Shown here: in pieces, positions 60,993 to 64,000 of the stretch
Layout: each line of letters opens with the position of its first letter
Position numbering within the stretch: position 1 is the first letter of the stretch
NCBI GenBank assembly: GCA_964489735.1
Contig: CAZBAL010000006.1
Location: 11,796-75,795 of the forward strand
Source of the DNA: an uncultured Clostridia bacterium
GTDB taxonomy: Bacteria; Bacillota; Clostridia; Tissierellales; Gottschalkiaceae
Reading direction: 5' to 3'
DNA: 64,000 nt
The notes under the pieces: model-generated
Seen by the model: the letters and a program-made list of their open reading frames with translations, nothing else
The model's database searches: none
Told to the model about the DNA's origin: nothing
Position numbers and translations under genes: made by a program

Positions 60993-61042
60993 TCAGATGA
61001 TATGTAAATATAGAATTTCTTAGAATCAATATAAAGAATGAT

Positions 61043-61079
61043 AAAATCCTCAGAATTGAAAAGTGGTCAATTCTGAGGA
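61043..61079 (-). terminator. Terminator of the dockerin surface-protein gene
   Basis: Perfect 13-bp stem TCCTCAGAATTGA-aaagtgg-TCAATTCTGAGGA, TTTT on the minus strand. Confidence 0.8.
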
Positions 61080-61107
61080 CTTTCATTAAATAAAAATTGA
61101 AACTGTA

Positions 61108-63999
61108 CTATTTTGCAACAACTCTATACAATATGGTGGAGTCTAAAGCGTTGATAAGTTTATCATTATTTAAATCGTATTTTTTTGTTTCTTCGCTGTA
61201 CTCTGTACCTAGTTTAATAGTTCTTTGCATTACCAGTACATCTTGCATATTTACATTGCCATCTTCATTTAAATCATATTTTGATAGATCTACGTTAGAT
61301 TCAATAACAGTAATTTTTCTTGTTCTTTCAGTTTTATTACCAACAGAATCCTCTGCAATATAAGTTAAAGTATATTCTCCAACCACATCTGTATTTACTG
61401 TACCTTCTACTGTCAGTTTTGGTTCTGGTGCACCTTCATAATCATCAGTAACCATAACACCCTCTAGAGGATTAAATGATGATCCTTTTATAACTTCAAC
61501 AGGGTTGAGGTTATAAATTATAGGTGGCGTGTTATCTAATGGTAAAGAAGTAATTGCTCCATTAACCTTTCTGATCATCTGCTCAACTTCTATATCAGCC
61601 GTATTTGATTGATTAACTAAATCATTGGCTTCATCAAGTATATTTCTACCTTTATCAACATTCTCAGTTTTAGGTAACTTCGGATCTATTAAACGGTTGT
61701 ATAGTTTTTCTATAGATTCAATAAGCATTTGATCTAGTCTTTCTCTTTTAATCTTCTCTTCATCTATATTTTTCTTAGGAATTTCATCAACCTTCTGTCT
61801 GAACTCATTAACTATAGCTCTCATTTCAGTTTTAACTTCAGTAGTATTAGGTTTTTCATTAGTATATATATCAAATTTCTTTAAATATTCATCTATAAGC
61901 AACTCTACTTTTTGTAGGTTTTCATCATCATAAAAATCTTTTATAGGATACTTTTCAATATCTTCTTTACATTGTTGTCTAAAATCTTCTATGCTCATAT
62001 TGTTTATCATAATATTTTCAAAATCAAACACAGGATAATCATTGTTTATATGATAATTATCTTTAACAAAACTAGCCCCTAACTGATCAATGAAATCTTG
62101 TGATTTCATATGAACCATGGATTTAGGCAATACATTTGATAATCCATTCCCTGTTTCAAGGGTATCTTCCAAGTAATATGAGCTCAAATAGGTTTGATCT
62201 TTGTTCGCTATACCTAAATATCCAAAGTTGTCGTTTAGATTGAGACTTTTTCTAAGATTACCAACTGTGTACGTATTCTCTAAAGAGGAGCCCACTCTTT
62301 CCATTCTACCAGCCAGAGTTCCTATTGCACTGATATCTATAAAAGAACCTAATGAAACAACGTCTCCTGTAGAGTAAGCATCTACTATCTTCTTGTCTGA
62401 GAATCCAGCAATACCACCAGTCCAGTAATACCCTACAACTCTACCTCTATTAGCAACTTTTGAGAGGTTACCTCTTGATATTCCTACAACTCCACCGACA
62501 GTAACTTCATCAGCAGCACTAACAAAAGGCCCCTGATATATATTTCCAGTATTTCTTGAACTATCTATGGAACTTCCACTGTCTATACTACCAGCAATTC
62601 CACCAGTGAATCCTTGTTTTGTATCTATATTGCCTATATTTTCTGCATTTGATATTTTTGTGAATTCAGCTTTACCAACTACTCCACCAATAGATGTTTT
62701 TCTGCTGGTTTTAATGCTTACATACGATTTCACATTTGATATATCCGCATAGAGAGTTTTTCCCGCAACTCCTCCTATATCACTACCGCCTTTATCTAAA
62801 TTAATTTCTCCTTCAACTGAAACATTCTTTATTACTGCTGGACTATTCGAAGATCCTTTTACAATTGCAAATAGGCCTGCATGATTTTCTGTTGATTCAT
62901 TAATTACTATATTAGAAATTCTTTTGTTATGTCCATCAAAAGTCCCTTCAAAAGGCTTTAGATTTCCAATTGGAATAAATGGTAAATTTTCTCCTTGGAA
63001 GTTGTTCTTATCATTTCTAAATCTAACATCTGTGATCAGATTTATAGTCTTACCTTTGAAAGTTTCATTCCCATATTTTTCATCATTTAAATTCAAAATT
63101 TTAGATAATCCTGCTAATTCTTGATGATTCTTAATAGTAAACTCTGTTGCATCTGGATTTTCATCATACCATTTAGTATCTGCAAAGTTTAACCATGTTT
63201 GTGTCTGTATATGCTTTTTAATAGAAACTATTACACTATTCTCACCATCTTCAAATTTACTACTTTTCACTTGATAAAATGGTTCGTTTTTTGCATCATA
63301 TTCTTTTTCAGTTCCTGTGAGTTTTTCTTCAAGATATCTAACACTCGCATTACCTGGTGAAATTGTTTTTACCACTTTCAGCTTGTTACCATCATATACT
63401 TTATCACCAGTAAATATTTGTTGATCTTTAACATCTACAAATTCACCGTCTTGTAATGCTCTACCTGTTCTTAGTATGGACAGCGAGTAATCAGAATCTT
63501 TCTCAGGTAATACTATATTATAACCATTAGGTTCTCTTGCAATCATAGATATATTTAAGTTTTTATCCGCTAAAACAAGATTTCCTTCTATCTTCGCTCC
63601 ATTTACTGTAAAGTAGTCAACTTCTAAACTAGGATTTGGTTTTATATCTAATATTACTGCACTACCATAAGCCAATGAACCTGAATTGGTTGATATAATC
63701 TCTGCATTTTCAGGATTCTCAATGGTTACATTTACTTTATTAGTGTCAGAATCGTACTTCAAGACTGGATAGTCATTTGATTTTTGCTTAAAGAAAGCTA
63801 GTTCCCTATTAAGGTTCGTAACCAGTTCTTGAGACTTCATCTGTGCTTCACTATAAGGATAGCAATCAATTATTACACCTGCATCTGAATAATACTGAGA
63901 AACACCTTTTCTGCCTCGGTTATCATCCCTTTCTTCCCAATAGCAGTTTTCCACATATGAAGTGTACTCATTTGTTATCTTTGCTATATCAGCTGCAGC
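61108..63999 (-). CDS. Large secreted/surface protein (5' end outside the window): GLUG-type beta-helix, helical-bundle spacers, Ig-like domain, C-terminal dockerin
   Basis: The frame stays open to the window edge (AAADIAKITNEYTSYVENC...). GLUG-like units IGGVAG/IGGVVG/TGGIAG; Ig-like DNTPPII...GEYTLTYIAEDSVGN; duplicated Ca-binding loops DLNEDGNVNMQD and DLNNDKLINALD (61108-61278). Confidence 0.85.
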   Translation of the reverse strand, partial: AAADIAKITNEYTSYVENCYWEERDDNRGRKGVSQYYSDAGVIIDCYPYSEAQMKSQELVTNLNRELAFFKQKSNDYPVLKYDSDTNKVNVTIENPENAEIISTNSGSLAYGSAVILDIKPNPSLEVDYFTVNGAKIEGNLVLADKNLNISMIAREPNGYNIVLPEKDSDYSLSILRTGRALQDGEFVDVKDQQIFTGDKVYDGNKLKVVKTISPGNASVRYLEEKLTGTEKEYDAKNEPFYQVKSSKFEDGENSVIVSIKKHIQTQTWLNFADTKWYDENPDATEFTIKNHQELAGLSKILNLNDEKYGNETFKGKTINLITDVRFRNDKNNFQGENLPFIPIGNLKPFEGTFDGHNKRISNIVINESTENHAGLFAIVKGSSNSPAVIKNVSVEGEINLDKGGSDIGGVAGKTLYADISNVKSYVSIKTSRKTSIGGVVGKAEFTKISNAENIGNIDTKQGFTGGIAGSIDSGSSIDSSRNTGNIYQGPFVSAADEVTVGGVVGISRGNLSKVANRGRVVGYYWTGGIAGFSDKKIVDAYSTGDVVSLGSFIDISAIGTLAGRMERVGSSLENTYTVGNLRKSLNLNDNFGYLGIANKDQTYLSSYYLEDTLETGNGLSNVLPKSMVHMKSQDFIDQLGASFVKDNYHINNDYPVFDFENIMINNMSIEDFRQQCKEDIEKYPIKDFYDDENLQKVELLIDEYLKKFDIYTNEKPNTTEVKTEMRAIVNEFRQKVDEIPKKNIDEEKIKRERLDQMLIESIEKLYNRLIDPKLPKTENVDKGRNILDEANDLVNQSNTADIEVEQMIRKVNGAITSLPLDNTPPIIYNLNPVEVIKGSSFNPLEGVMVTDDYEGAPEPKLTVEGTVNTDVVGEYTLTYIAEDSVGNKTERTRKITVIESNVDLSKYDLNEDGNVNMQDVLVMQRTIKLGTEYSEETKKYDLNNDKLINALDSTILYRVVAK

Positions 64000-64000
64000 T

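Overview
64 kb of chromosome from a low-GC anaerobic Bacillota (Clostridia/Tissierellia-like); almost all genes lie on the minus strand. In window order it holds a zinc-uptake locus (zinT-like lipoprotein, adcA/znuA-like lipoprotein, partial ABC ATPase) behind Fur-family boxes, and a moeA-mobB-fdh operon whose formate dehydrogenase is one 913-aa selenoprotein (UGA plus SECIS) that the ORF track splits in two. Next come an unexplained 35-bp-period repeat-spacer mini-array in the ~780-bp region upstream of moeA and a doubly inactivated XRE regulator. A long core block follows: recG-fakA-yloU/rpmB, yloC-remA-gmk-rpoZ-coaBC-priA-def-fmt-rsmB-rlmN-stp-pknB-rsgA-rpe-thiN, rqcH, a decayed SLH/LRR surface-protein gene, sepF/ylm-lspA-rluD-pyrR, der-plsY-gpsA, rnr, hydrolase-murF-ddl and secG. 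A stand-alone, oppositely oriented PLD-nuclease/AAA+ ATPase fusion (candidate defence gene) sits between secG and eno, followed by gap-pgk-tpi-gpmI-eno and the 3' part of a large GLUG/Ig/dockerin surface protein. The best novelty candidates are the PLD-AAA+ fusion (52172-54655) and the repeat-spacer array (7298-7615). No tRNA, rRNA, IS element or true CRISPR was seen. All calls come from motif recognition by eye; no searches were run.
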